Shown in pieces: positions 39,879-52,684 of a DNA stretch of 64,000 nucleotides. Where the stretch lies: assembly GCF_004010195.1 (NCBI RefSeq), contig NC_057757.1:6650985-6714984 (forward strand). The letters run 5' to 3'. Position numbers and translations under genes: made by a program. The notes below the pieces were generated by a model. The model made no database searches. It saw only the letters and a program-made list of their open reading frames with translations, and was not told the origin of the DNA. Numbering within the stretch: position 1 is the stretch's first letter; each line of letters starts with the position of its first letter. This DNA is from Chiloscyllium plagiosum (taxonomy: Eukaryota).

Positions 39879-39969
39879 CCAGCGATTCCTGACTGGAACT
39901 ATCTTCGGACAGTTTGGCACCTTCAATTCCCTTATATCTGACAATAAAGCCAAACTGGGATATTCGGTC
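39879..39969 (-). CDS. ZCWPW1: ZCWPW1 exon: DRISQFGFIVRYKGIEGAKLSEDSSSQESL
   Basis: Acceptor tatttgcag, donor gtaatt; 91 nt, phase 0 to 1; DRISQFGF resembles human ERVNLFGF (recalled). Confidence 0.82.
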
Positions 39970-40019
39970 CTGCAAATAAAGTATATCAGAAAGGCGAAAT
40001 AGCACTTTAGCGCATTAGT

Positions 40020-40090
40020 GACACACACACACGCACACTCACATACACACACAGAGACACGCGCGCGCGCGCACACGCCCACACACACAT
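40020..40090. repeat. (CA)n/(CG)n alternating purine-pyrimidine tract
   Basis: Visible run including CGCGCGCGCGCG. Confidence 0.85.
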
Positions 40091-41276
40091 GCACTCACAT
40101 GGTTGTAAACAGGATCTTTTCCAAAGAGAGCCCATGCAAACTTGCCATGGGATAGGTTAAGTTTGTGTTGGAAGCACACACACAGAGCCCATGATATCAA
40201 GGTCACCATTAACAAGTCTAGAGGACATTTGTATTTCATGTTTCATCACATTTTGGTTGGATTGGAGAAACTTGCCAGGTTAGGGTTGCTTCATTCACTC
40301 ATGAGCGTGTCTGGCTAGGCCAGCATTCGATGGCCATCCCTAGTTACCCCAGAGGGTAGTTAACAGTCAACCACCTTGTTGAGGGTCTGGAGTCACACAT
40401 AGGTTCGACCAGGTAAAGACGGCAGAATTTCTTCCCTAAAGGACATTAGGGAACTAGATGGCTTTTTCCCCAATGGTTTCATGATCATCATGAGACCAGA
40501 TTTTTTATTGAATTCACGTTCCATCATCTGCCGTGGTGGGATTTGAACCCGGGTTTTCAGGGCAATCAGCTGAGTCTCTGGATTAATATTCTACTGATTA
40601 TACTGCTAGGCCATTAGGTTAAGGAGCCTTGAGAGAAGTGAGCAGGAAGAAACGTTCGGTTAAGTGTTAAACGGTTTGATAATTCAGATATCACTGTTAG
40701 ATGCTCACTTTTACTCCAGGTATTGATCTCAGGGTTCTGTCCTGATGGGGCATGCATGGTGTTATCATGGGACAACGGCAATATGGAGGGTAGATGAGGA
40801 GAGTGAAGCTGAGGCAGCATAAGAACAAGGTAGAGAGCTGGGCCAATGTCCCAGACAACCCGGGAGGAGGGGGGGGTGCGTTCTATCCAGGCCGGTGGGC
40901 CACTGCACTGCTCCAATGCTGCCCCAGACTGTGTAGGGAGGAGGGAGGCCTGAATCACCTCTGCCCACATTTCTAGGAGACACAAACTTGGTAGGGATGG
41001 AAGGTGTTCCAATGGAGAGTTATATTCCACTGGTAACATTAACTCTGTTCCTTTCCCTGCAGATGCTACAGATTCTCCAGCACGTGCTATTTTTATTTTG
41101 GGCTTCCAGTCCGCACTGTACTTTGCTTTAAGGCTCACTCCCTTAATTTGCTTAAGTCCTTCCTTTCTTCCATGTCTGTGAGGTGCCGTTTAAGTCCAAA
41201 GACTTGTTTAAATATCTCGAAAAGAGCAATAGAAAGCAGCTTTAATGCTAAGATTCAATAAGGGCCTCTGAGACAC

Positions 41277-41348
41277 CTGTATTTTCACTTTCTGAGCCTC
41301 TTCAGCCATCTTCTTTGCAGTGTTTACCCTCTTTGAGAAATCACGTTT
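41277..41348 (-). CDS. ZCWPW1: ZCWPW1 exon: KRDFSKRVNTAKKMAEEAQKVKIQ
   Basis: Acceptor ttgtacatag, donor gtgtct; 72 nt, phase 0 to 0; resembles the post-PWWP helix (human MAQEAEQISIQ, recalled). Confidence 0.82.
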
Positions 41349-41794
41349 CTATGTACAAGAGAAATCAAATGAAACAGAAATGAATTCAAACAGCACATCA
41401 CTGAAATGTCTCAAAGGGTTGCTAGAGATATACCGCCAGTTGCGCGAGAAATCTGTGCACCCAATCTGTGAATGTTTTTAATGCACTCACAGAATGTGGT
41501 CGTCACAGGCTAGGCCAGCCAGTATTGTGTCTCTAATTCCCTAATTGCTCAGACGGCAGTTGAGAATCAACCTCGATGCCGTGGATCTGGAGTTACGTGT
41601 AGGCTAGACCAAGTAAGGAAGGCAGATTTCCTTCCCTAAAGGATATTAGTGACCCAGATGGATAACTCCCGGAAATTGACAAAGTTTCTTTCTTAACAGT
41701 TCTCTCTCCATTATCTCTCTTTATAGGCTTCCTTTTTTCCCAATCAACCTGATGTCCAGATGTTTGACACACCACTGTACCAGATGAGACTTAA

Positions 41795-42120
41795 AAGTCA
41801 TACAGCACGGATACAGTCTCTTCAGTCCAATTCGTCCGTGCCGACCAGTTATCCTAAATAAATCTAGTCCCATTTGCCAGTACTTGGCTCATATCTCTCT
41901 AAACCCTTCCTACTCATTTATGCATCCAGTTAAATGCTGTAATTGTATCCGTCTCCGCCACTTCCTCATTCCATACATGCACCACCCTGTGTGAGGAAAA
42001 GTTGCCCCTCAGGTCCCTTTTAAATCTTTCCCCTTAAACCTAGGACCCCCTATGCTGAGCAAAAGAGCTTGGCTATTCACCCTATCCATGCCCTTCATGA
42101 TTTTATAAACCTCTATAGGG
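41795..42120 (-). mobile_element. CR1 3' fragment
   Basis: Reverse complement of the 38115 family. Confidence 0.8.
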
Positions 42121-43146
42121 TCACCATCCAGCTGTGGGGATACTAACACTGCATCACAACAGTGTAGCGTGCCTTCACTGGAGTGTCAGCCTTGGCTTTT
42201 AGTCATTTTTAATCAATCTATGAGACTCACTTCTGGAGCAGGTGAGATTTGAACCTGGTTCTTCAGGCCCAAAGACAGGAACATTACCACTGCCCCACAA
42301 ACTCTCTGCAATCATGAGCAAATCAACCCACCGATCTTGATGACTGGCGGGATTCAAACCTAGCTCCCCACATCATCACCGGGGTCTCTAGATTAACATT
42401 CTAGCTACAATACCGCTAGGCCATTGCCTCCCCTTATTGATTCAGGGACCAGTACTGGCCTGGTCCCCTTGACCCCTTCAATCTGGGCTCTTTCAGCTGT
42501 CATTAAACCAGCAGGACAGGAACCGGACATGAGGAGAGAAATGCTGCAGGATTTTGAGGAAAGGGGTGAGATTGGAATGAGACTAGTTAGATTAGTCGAC
42601 AACACAGACTCAATAAATTATATTGTCCTCCTGTGTTATACAAAGTCTCTATTAATGTTTTTATAATTCATTCATGGGGTGTGGGCGTCGCTGGCAAGAC
42701 CAACATTTATTGCCCATCCCTAATTTAAGAGTCAACCACATTGCTGCGGGTCTGGAGTCACATGGAGGAAGACTAGGTAAGCATGGCAATTAGTGGATCA
42801 GATGGGTCTTTCCACCAAATCGACAATGGACTCACAGTCATCATTAGACAGATTTTATTGAAATCTGTCATGACGGGATTCGAACATTACCTGGGCAGCT
42901 GGATTACAGCGCTAGGCCATTGGGAAAGCCAGCATTTCTGGCACTGCAGCACTACCCACAATCTGAAACAACAGGAGACCCCATTGGGAATGGGAAAATG
43001 GTGGGCATGCCTCCATTTTAACTGCTCCCCACTTGGTGGATAGCAGGAAGAAGTGGTTAAGATCAAGCTCCATGTTTCATACGGAGGAAACAGCACTTAT
43101 TCAATTTAAAAGAAGATCACATTTCCTGCTAATAAAGTTTACTTAC

Positions 43147-43251
43147 TGCCATGTTTCTCTCTTGAGGAATCTCCTGGAAACTCTTTATCAGCGGTACCGG
43201 GATCCACGCATGGCTTACGGTCGTGTCAAAAAATGTAATGTGATATTTTGA
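43147..43251 (-). CDS. ZCWPW1: ZCWPW1 exon: SKYHITFFDTTVSHAWIPVPLIKSFQEIPQERNMA
   Basis: Acceptor ttttccag, donor gtaagt; 105 nt, phase 0 to 0; PWWP YHVxFF...xAW motif. Confidence 0.92.
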
Positions 43252-44259
43252 CTGGAAAAGCAGCAGAGTGCAGAAGTGTGTCACAATCAGCATATTCACC
43301 TCAACAACCATCTTCCAACCAGTTACACGATTCCTCGCCCCATGCCTTGCCCCTCAGTGGGGCACTGAGTTAAAGTTTGCAAAGACACTCAATGTCAGTG
43401 AATGCCCAGTTAACAGACCAGTGGTGGGACAGTACAATAATGACTAAGTTCAATTCCTGCTTACAATCAGTACCCTATGGGTACTGTAGGAAAATGCACA
43501 GTGTTTGGTTGCAAATTTGGCACCACAGCATCTGACAACTTTTTAAAAAATTCATTCGGGGGATAGACATCGCCGGTTTAGCCGGTATTTGTTACCCACC
43601 CTTGAGAAGGGGGTGGTGAGCTGCTTTTATGAATAACCGCATCCATATGGTGCAGGGACATCCCCGCAATGCTGTTTGGGATGGATCTCCAGGATTTTGA
43701 CCTAGCGACACTGAAGAAATAACGATATATTTCCAAGTCAGGATGGTGAACGTGCAGGGGTGGTGTTTCCATGTATCTGTTGCCCTTGTCCTTCTGGATA
43801 GTGCAGGTCATGGGTTTGAAAATTGCTGTCGAACCAGGCTTGGCGAATTGCTGCAGCGCATCTTGCAGATGGTACACACTGCAGCTACTGTGTGTCAGTA
43901 GGCAAGGGAACTTGCTTTTATATAGTGCCTTTAACGTAGTAGAACATTCTGATGCAAATCACAGAAATGATATCAGACCAAAAGTTGACACTGAGCCACA
44001 CTCAGTAGTTCTGAGGACTGGAGCACTTGTCCTTGTATTCCGCCATCACCCCTGTACCTTCAGACCTCCACTCGCCACCTCAGTTAAGAGCAGTCTGTAT
44101 TTTAAAATTTTCACCCTTGTTTCCAAATCCCTCCCTGCTTCTCTATATCTATCGTCTTTTCGAGTCCTAAACAGGCTGAAGTCTCTGCATTCCTTCTCTT
44201 CTCGCCAACTGAGCATTTCACCAATCTCACTATTGACCTTGCCTTCAGCTTTTCAAAGA

Positions 44260-44615
44260 ATCACAGAATCCCTCCGCGGTGGAAGCAGACCATTCAGCCC
44301 CTAGAGTCCACACTGGCCCTCCGAAGAGCATTCTACCCAGACCGACCCACCTACCCTATCCCTGTAACCCTGCATTTCGCATGGTTAACCCACCTAGCCT
44401 GCACATCCCTGTGCACTATGCACAATTTAGCGTGGCCAATCCACCCTAACCTGCATATCCTTGGACTGGGGAGGAAACGGGAGCACCCAGAGGAAACCCA
44501 CACAGACATGGGGAGGATGTTCAAACTCCACACAGACAGTCGCCTGAGGATGGAATTGAACCTGGGTTCCTGGAGCTGTGAGGCAGCAGTGCTAACTACT
44601 GAGCTGCCATGTTGC
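44260..44615 (-). mobile_element. HE1/V-SINE-like SINE
   Basis: Full consensus match by eye. Confidence 0.88.
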
Positions 44616-44853
44616 TGTGGGATCTGGGATCTCAACTCTAGAATTTCCTCTGTGAGCCTCCGAAACTCTATCTCCCTCTCGTCTACTTTGCTCCGTAAAG
44701 TCTAACTCTTCTTTGGCCACTTCCTTACCACCTTGCTTGGTGCTGAGTTTAACTTGGCAGTGCTCCCAGGTCGCACCTCAGGATATTTTTGGCTCAGTGA
44801 GAGTGCTGTTTTGTATCATTAATTTGTTGCGTCCCAATACTCTTGGAATTTTA

Positions 44854-45038
44854 AGAAGGAGGAAGTGAGGACTGCAGATGCTAGAGATCAGAGTTGAGAG
44901 TGTGGTGCTGGAAAAGCACAGCATCCGAGGAGCAGGAGAATCGACCTTTCCTGATGAAGGGCTCATGCCCGAAACGTTGATTCTCCTGCTCCTCGGATGC
45001 TGCCTGACCTGCTGTGCTTTTCCAGCACCACACTCTCG
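44854..45038. mobile_element. Fold-back PLE pLTR mini-insertion with intact hammerhead core
   Basis: Inverted arms; CTGATGAAGGGCTCATGCCCGAAACGTT at 44951-44978; flanked by ACTCTTGGAA(T/C)TTTA. Confidence 0.85.
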
Positions 45039-45801
45039 ACTCTTGGAACTTTAGCCTTACAACCCACACAGTTGTCAAAACTTCCTCCCTTTCAAGGGAA
45101 ATAAGATGTGGGCACCCCTGCGTTCACAGAACTCAGCACAGACTGAGAATTGAACTGTGACAGAAGATTATAAGAAACAGAAGGAGTGGGCAACACAGCT
45201 CCCTGAATCGTTCCAAGATTGAACAAGATCATTGCTAATCTAACTGTAGCCTTAACTCCACTTTCCTGCCTGTTCCCCATGATTCTCTACTGGCCAGTGG
45301 ATAAAACTGAACTGGGGACCTATTGAATGATTCAGCCTCATAAGTTCTCTGGAGAGGGATAGTCCAAAGACTTGCAACTCTCAGAGAGCAGAAAAATCTT
45401 CTACGTATCCATCTTAAACTGGAGACCCCTTATTTAAGCTATGTTTAGACTGCACCATGAGGCGAAACTTCCTCTCAACATTTACCCTCTCAAACCCTGT
45501 CAAAATCTTGAATAAGATCACCTCTTATTCTCCAAAACTGCAGTAAGTGTAGGACTAACTGGTTCAACCTTTCCTTATAAGGCAATCCTTACATCATTGG
45601 GATCAGCTGAGTGAATCATCTTCGAATGGCCTTCAATGCAAGAATCTTCCTCCTTAAGATGTATGCCACGCTCTAGAGGTGGTCTCACCAACTTACTCTA
45701 CAGTGGCTGCAAGGTTTTCTTATTTTTATAGCACTTTCTCTGCAATAAAGGCCAACATTTCCTTTTCCTTTCTGGGATATTTGGTATATCTCTGTGCTAA
45801 C

Positions 45802-46418
45802 TGAAATAACTCCACAGCGGCTGGTATCCTGTCACTAAATCACCCTTTATTTACACGTGCATAGAACATGACACTGGCCCAGCTCCCTCAGAGCCAGCTC
45901 CTAGAGTGAGCAGAACTCCTGTCCATTTTTTTTTCCCTTTGTAGTGAAAAAGAACAAATGTGTAAATGTTTATTTACTTTCCACCACCAGGAAGAAAGGA
46001 AACACCTGACTGGCTAGTGACAAGCAGTGTCCTTCTCAGAGGGCAATGCTGCGTGATCGAACAGTGAAGGTGAGGGCAGGGATTAAAGCAGAATAGAGTT
46101 GGAGGGAGTATTAATACACTCCACTCCTTGCGGTGCCCACCTTTCCCTGAAAATCTACTCCTGTTTATATCTAGGTAAAAACAATGACTGCAGATGCTGG
46201 AAACCAGATTTTGGATTAGTGGTGCTGGAAGAGCACAGCAGTTCAGGCAGCTGCTCCTCAGATGCTTCCTGAACTGCTGTGCTCTTCCAGCACCACTAAT
46301 CCAAAATCCTGTTTATATCTGTCAGCCAGGGTTCCCTGATTGGACCAGGGTAACTGCCCCAATCAGGGAACTCCTATTCTATGAGGTCCACTGGGCTGAC
46401 CTCGTTCCAATCGCTACC
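45802..46418 (-). mobile_element. Solo LTR inserted in a minus-strand CR1 (about 45170-46750), carrying two later insertions
   Basis: One TG terminus and one degenerate terminus, CTAAC/CTGAC 5-bp TSD-like flanks, AATAAA on minus, inverted CCAAT pair GTTCCCTGATTGG...CCAATCAGGGAAC. Confidence 0.65.
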
Positions 46419-46829
46419 CTGACCTTTTGTGATTCATGTATAAGGACACTCAGATCTCTCATAAAGCTATCGATAATCTCAATTTAAATATACTGCCTTT
46501 TGTTGTTCCTTTCAAAGTTTCACATTTTACTACATTATTCTCATTTACCAACATTTTGCCGACTCATTTATCCTGTCCATATCCCTCTGCAGACTCTCTA
46601 TCCTCCTCTCCATTTGCTATCCCATTGTAAATTTGACTACAATGCACCTGCATCATTAATATCTGTTAGTAACTGAAGCCTGACACTGATCTCTGCAGCG
46701 TTATACTTGTAACTGACACAAAACCCAAACCTGTTATTAAAATTCCTTGTTTCTGTTGGTTAATCAGTTCTCTCTCCATGATAACAGATCACTCTGAACA
46801 CCATGAGCTCAGAATTACTTTTTTCACAG

Positions 46830-47330
46830 GATGTGTGATATTGAAGGAGTCCAGCAAAGGTTCACCAGACTGATTCCCAGGATAGCAGGACTGACATATG
46901 ACATATAGGCTTGTACTCACTGGAATTTAGAAGAATGATGGGGTATCTCATAGAAACATATAAAATCCTGATGGAACTGGACAGGCTGCATGCAGGAAGA
47001 ATGTTCCCGATGTTGGGCAAGTCCAGAACTAGGGGTCACAGTCTAAGAATAAGGGGTAAGGCCATTCAGGACTGAGAAAAGGGAGAATTTCTTCACTCGG
47101 AGAATTATGAACCTGTGGAATTCTCTCTCACAGGAAGCTGTTGGGGCCAGTTCTCTAGATATATTCAAGAGGGACTTGAGGTGGCCCTTGTGGCTAAAGG
47201 GATCAAGGGATATGGAGAGAAAGTGGGAATGGAATACTGAGAATGCACGATCAGCCATGATAGCATTGAATGGTCATGCAGGCTCAGAGAGCCAAATGGC
47301 CTACTCCTATCCCTAATTTCTATGTTTCTA
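46830..47330 (+). mobile_element. CR1 3' fragment
   Basis: NLWNSLSQEAVGA motif; TTTCTATG tail. Confidence 0.85.
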
Positions 47331-47526
47331 TGTGGGTGTTGCGGGGCAAACACCAGAGTTTGTTGTCCATCTCTAATTGCCCTGAAACTAAGTGGCATGC
47401 TAAGGTAATTTCAGAGGGCAGATAAAAGTCAACCACATTGCATTGAGTCTGGAGTGATATGTGGGCCAGACCAGACAAGAACTGAAGATTTCTTCCTCAA
47501 AACATATGCACAACTGATGATAATGT

Positions 47527-47838
47527 GGGCGGCACAGTGGTTAGCACTGCTGCCTCACGGCGCCAGAGACCCAGGTTCAATTCCCACCTCAGGCAACTGT
47601 CTGTGTGGAGTTTGCACATTCTCCCAGTGTCTGCGTGGGTTTCCTCCGGGTGCTCTGGTTTCCTCCCACAGTCCAAAGATGTGCAGGTTAGGTAAATTGG
47701 CCATACTAAATTGCCTATAGTGTCAGGTGAAGGGGTAAATGTAGGGGAATGGGTCTGGGTGGATTGCTCTTCGGAGGGTCGGTGTGGACTTGTTGGGCTG
47801 AAGGGCCTGTTTCCACATTGTAAGTAACCTAATCTAAT
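47527..47838 (+). mobile_element. HE1/V-SINE-like SINE, young; an inverted copy lies at about 48220-48556
   Basis: Very similar to the 23246 copy. Confidence 0.9.
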
Positions 47839-49137
47839 TGAGATCAGATTTATTAACTGAATTTAAATTCTACCAGCTGCCATGGTGTGGTCCCATGTTC
47901 CCAGAGGATTAAGTTTGGGCCCCCAATTTACTTTTCCAGCAACATATTTATTACATCTGCTCTCCCCCCCCACCTTCCCCCCAATAAAATTCTTATTTTG
48001 TGCATTAACAGTGGAACAGGAGAAGTACAGTCAGCCCCTCGAGCCTGTTCCACCCTTCATTGCTGACATCCCTTGCTTAACAAAAATTCATCCATCTTCA
48101 GATTTAAAATTAACAAGTGATCCGGCGCCCTTCTGTTTGTGGAAGAGAGTTCCAAACCACTGACTTTGTACGTAGAAGCTGCAGTCAATATTCCCTATTG
48201 TTTTTCTAACTGATGCGCAGATCACAGAAGCCCTACAGGGTGGAAGCAGGCCATTTGGCCCATCCCTCTTACCCCTCCTAAGAGCATCCCACCCAGATGC
48301 ATACCACCCACATCCTATCCCTGCAACCCTGCCAACCCACCTCACCTGCACCCAATAGGGCAATGCAGCATGGCCAATCTACCTAACCTGCTCATCTTGG
48401 GTCTGTGAGAGCTCTCCATAGACTCAGAGAAAACCCACGCAGACACGGGAGAGAATGTGGAAACTCCACCCAGACAGTCGCCTGAGGGTGGAATTGAACC
48501 CGGCTCCCTGACGCTGTGAGGCAGGAGTGCTCACTGCTGAGCCACCGTGCTGCCCTGGATCTCCAGGGTTTGACCACCACAGTGGCTCCCGGAAACGGAC
48601 GCCATGCATCAGCAGACTGATGAATGAGTGCAAGGCCTTCCCAGCAGCAACAAATGATCCCAAGCTTCCAGCTGCCTGCCACTTCGACATTCCTACGCTG
48701 AGATTTCTGCCACAGGCCTGCTATAGTGCTCCACCGAGCCTCAGCGCAAACTTGAAGGACTCTGCAGCCCCTGGGAGTCAACATCGAGTTTAACAACTCT
48801 CAACCCTGATTCCATCCTTTCATGTATGTTTACCCGCCCGCACACCCGATCCTGTTCTGACACAAGTTGCTTTTAGCCCAGTCACCCATTTTCACCTACT
48901 CCTGGGCCTTTTATGAGTTGCTTTCAGTACAGCTCACCCATTTGACTGTCATGTTGGTGATGATCTCAGCATTGAGGTGGAAGACCTCTGATCCGGGACC
49001 ACTTAAGAAGGATAGTAATGTTAACTTTTATTTCTTTATTTTTCCACTTTATACCCAAGATTTTGCATCTAAGATGATGTCAAAGAATGGCGACATTGTA
49101 CACTTTTCACTGTCCTCCTGCATCCCCGTACTTCAGA

Positions 49138-49265
49138 CTTCACCTGATGAAGGAGCAGTGCTCCAAAAGCTTGTGGCTTCAAGTAAACCTGTTGGACTAT
49201 AACCTGGTGCCGTGTGACTTCGGACTTTCTCCACCCCAGTCCAACACCGGCACCTCCACATCATC
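49138..49265 (+). mobile_element. Third PLE-family pLTR end with hammerhead core; minus-strand copy at about 59030-59150
   Basis: CACCTGATGAAGGAGC...GCTCC(G/A)AAAGCT(A/T)GTG followed by AAACCTGTTGGACTATAACCTGGTG. Confidence 0.75.
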
Positions 49266-49703
49266 CTGGTACTTGAGTACATGTGACAATCAAGCCTAAT
49301 TCTATTTCTCCTATTAGCCCACATTATCAATTATTAATTAGCTTTTCTTCTCTCCTGGCCTGCTATAATCTTCTTGTTTCTCTAGACCCTTCATATCCCT
49401 TGCTCCCTCTCCATCTCCATCTCTCCCCTTCACCCACCAACCTCGTCTCCAGCATAAATACCACATTTTTCTGAACTGCTAACACCCAGAAATGTTGGTT
49501 CAGTTTTTCTTCCCACAGACCTGCTGAGTTTCGCTAGCAATCTCTGTTCATGCCTCCCCGTGGCCAAGCAGCTGAGAGGGAATATTGCTGGTGGAACTTC
49601 ATCCACTTTTGACTGCTATGTCCTCTACGGACTCCATTTGGTAGCTATCACTCAGTGCTACACTAGAGAGTAAGATTGTCCTAGACTTTTGCTTCATACT
49701 GAC

Positions 49704-49779
49704 CGGAAACTGATCTGAGTCGGTTGTGAACATAAAGTATTTCCCAGTCTGCGGATCATGTTCCACCATCCCTGGCCAC
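49704..49779 (-). CDS. ZCWPW1: ZCWPW1 exon: (W)WPGMVEHDPQTGKYFMFTTDSDQFP
   Basis: Not in the ORF track; read by hand. Acceptor attcag, donor gtcagt; 76 nt, phase 2 to 0; completes the P-W-W-P motif across the intron. Confidence 0.9.
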
Positions 49780-49969
49780 CTGAATAATTAAAAATTTGCA
49801 GTTATGCACCCGACAGTAGCAATTAGACCCTAGGTAAGATACTTATTTATAATAATCTAATAGTTGAAATCAGTAAGAACAGAATTTTTAATGCAGATAC
49901 AAGCCTAGTACTTTACAGTCACAATTCTACCCCCGAGTCCCTACCTTCAGCCCCTGTTAGAGATGAACT

Positions 49970-51870
49970 CAGAAATTAAAGGCCAGGGAGTCTCACAGCA
50001 GTGGTAGGGAAACTATTGGAGAACATTTTTGAAGGAGCGAATTAATACCCATTTGGAAAGGCATGGGTTAATTTGGGATAATCAGCACAGTTTTGTCAGG
50101 GTGGGGGGACATGCTTAACAAATTTGTCAGAATGCTTTGAAAATGTGATCAGGTGTGCGGATAATAGAAGTTCAGTTGACATAGTTTATATGGATTTTAG
50201 CAAAGCTTTTGACAAGATCCCACATTGGAGACTGATTGAGAAATACATGGAATTGAAGAAAAGTTGGCGAGATGGATCAGAAACTGGCTTGTTACAAAGG
50301 GTAGTGGTTGAAGGCTGTTTGAGTGACGGGATGCTGGTTTCCAGCGGTGTACCAAAGGGATCAGTACTGGGACCCTTATTGTTTACTATATATATAAATG
50401 ATATAGATGAAAATATGGGAGGAGTGCTACAAAGATTTACAAACAACATCAAGATTGTTAGAGTAGTTAAGATCGAAGAAGAGGGTTGTAGGAAGATATA
50501 GATGGGTTGTCAGAGGGGCGGACCAGTGACAAACAGTATTTAACTCTAATATGTGAGAGGTGATAGACTTTGGATGAAGACACAAGTTAAGGAAGTATTT
50601 GACGCATGGCAGGACACTGGGTAGCTCACAGGAACAGAGGGATCTTGAGGTAATTGTTCACAGATCTCTGAAATCTGCAAAGCACGTTAATGGGTTAGTT
50701 AAGAAAGCACACGGGGGACACTTGCTTTCATCAGTTGTGGCACAGGGTATAAGAGCAAGGAGGTAATGTTGGAGTGTACAGAGTGTTGGAGGAAGTGAGT
50801 ACTGCAGATGCTGGAGATCAGAGTCGAGAGTGTGGAGCTGGAAAAGCAGGTCAGGCAGCATCAGGAGAAGGAGAATCGACATTTCGGCAAAAGCCCTTCA
50901 TCAGGAACACACAGCGTTGGTCAGGCCGCAGTTGGAGTCGATAAAGTGTGGAGCTGAAAAAGGTACAGCAGATCAAGCAGCATCAGAGGAGAGGACAGTT
51001 GGTGTTTTGGATCGGGACCCTTCATCAGGACTCACGATGAAGGGTCCCAATTTGAAACGTCGACTCTCCTGCTGCCCGGATGCTGCCTGTCCTGCTGTGC
51101 TTTTCCAGCTCCACACTCTCGACTCCGATCTCCAGCATCTGAAGTCCTCACTTTCTCCAACACTATGTACACTCCGGCATTACCTCATTGCTCTTATACC
51201 CGATGCCACGACACTGCAAGTGTCCCCCGTGTGCTTTCTTCACTAACCCATTAACGTGCTTTGCTGACTTCAGGGATCTATGAATAATTACCTCAAGATC
51301 CCTCTGAGCTTGACCTGCTCCACACTTTATCAACTCTGACTTTACAGCATCTGCATTTCTCACTATCTTCAGGTCGCAGCTGGAGTGCTGTGTCCATTTC
51401 TGGTTGCCTCACTACAGGAAGGATGTGATAGCACTAGAAGGGGTATAGCGAAGGTTCACCAGGATGTTGCCTGAGATGGAGCAATTGAGCTAGATAGGCT
51501 TGGATTGCTTTCCTTAGAGCACAAAAGGCTGGGGGGAGGTGGGGGCACGATTGAGGTGTATAAGATTAAGAGCGGTATAGATAGGGTGAATGGAGAGCAG
51601 CTGTTCCCCTTTGTTGAGGGGTCAATCCCAAGAGGGCATTGTTTTAGGGTAAGGGGCAGGAGATTTAGAGGGTATTTGGGAAAAATATTTTCACTCAGCA
51701 GTTAGTTGGAATCTGGAATGAACTGCCTGGGAAGATAGTGGAGGCTGGAAACCTTACAACCTTTAAAAAATTTTTGAACGAGGACTTCAAATATTGTAAC
51801 ATTCAAGGATATGGAACAAGTGCAGGAAATTGGAATCTGTGGTAGTTAATGTTGGTGCAGGCTCAATGGG
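49970..51870 (+). mobile_element. CR1 RT/3' fragment interrupted by a PLE cluster and an inverted duplication (about 50630-51370)
   Basis: [13 protein letters not shown] and [16 protein letters not shown] motifs. Confidence 0.85.
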
Positions 51871-52684
51871 CTGTATGAACCTACATCGGGTTAAAAGTCA
51901 AAGGGGAGCAGAAGAGTCAGAGAATAGGATTTAAATTATCACCGGCAGAAATTGTCCAAAATGTGCATCAGCACAAACAGGACCTGTAAGGAGGAATCAA
52001 AACTAACACTTCAAGGTGTAGCCTCCCTCAGATCTCCTGCATAAACCCACTAGCATTCAAATGGGTCACGTGAGCAGGTCAGGCATCTCTCTTTCAAGCC
52101 AGTACGCTGGTTAGAAAGGGAAGGACCAGCCAATATGTTTGTGCCATGTACGAAACTAATTACCTCTCACATAAATCCCAAAGGATTTCACAAACAATAG
52201 ACCAGTCAGCTGTGCAGTGTGCTGTTATTCAAGCAGATGTGTCAACTGTTTAGCACACAAGATTCCACAAGGATGGTGTATTCTTTTAATTTTGGGAGGG
52301 GGGGGGGGGGGTGGGGAGGTGGGGGAATTGGCTCTCTATGTGCTTCTTTTAACTGTGACACAGAATCTATATTCCAGCTCTGCAACTGGAACAGGAAGAC
52401 CTCACTTTAATCTCTTGTAGCATGCCTCACATGGAGATCTCTTTCAGAGCTGAACAACATCAGTAAGTATGCCTCCACAGTAAAGTAATGAGCAAAGTTT
52501 GGTGTCAAGCCTTACCAGTTACGGTGACCAAAGGTTTGGTTAATGGTGGAGGTTTTAAGGAACTACTTAAAAGCAGGAAAATGAAGTTGGGAGATCAATT
52601 CCTGAGCTTGCAGCCCAGACAGCTAAAGGCGATGACCTCCAACACTAGAGCGATTAAAACCATGGACATTAAAGCGAACCAAGT

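Noticed and set aside
41139..41215. Exon-like segment IFKQVFGLKRHLTDMEERKDLSKLR, with ERKDL echoing human ZCWPW1
   Set aside because: 77 nt breaks the frame, needs a ~61-nt intron and a weak GAG acceptor; the 39879-39969 exon fits better
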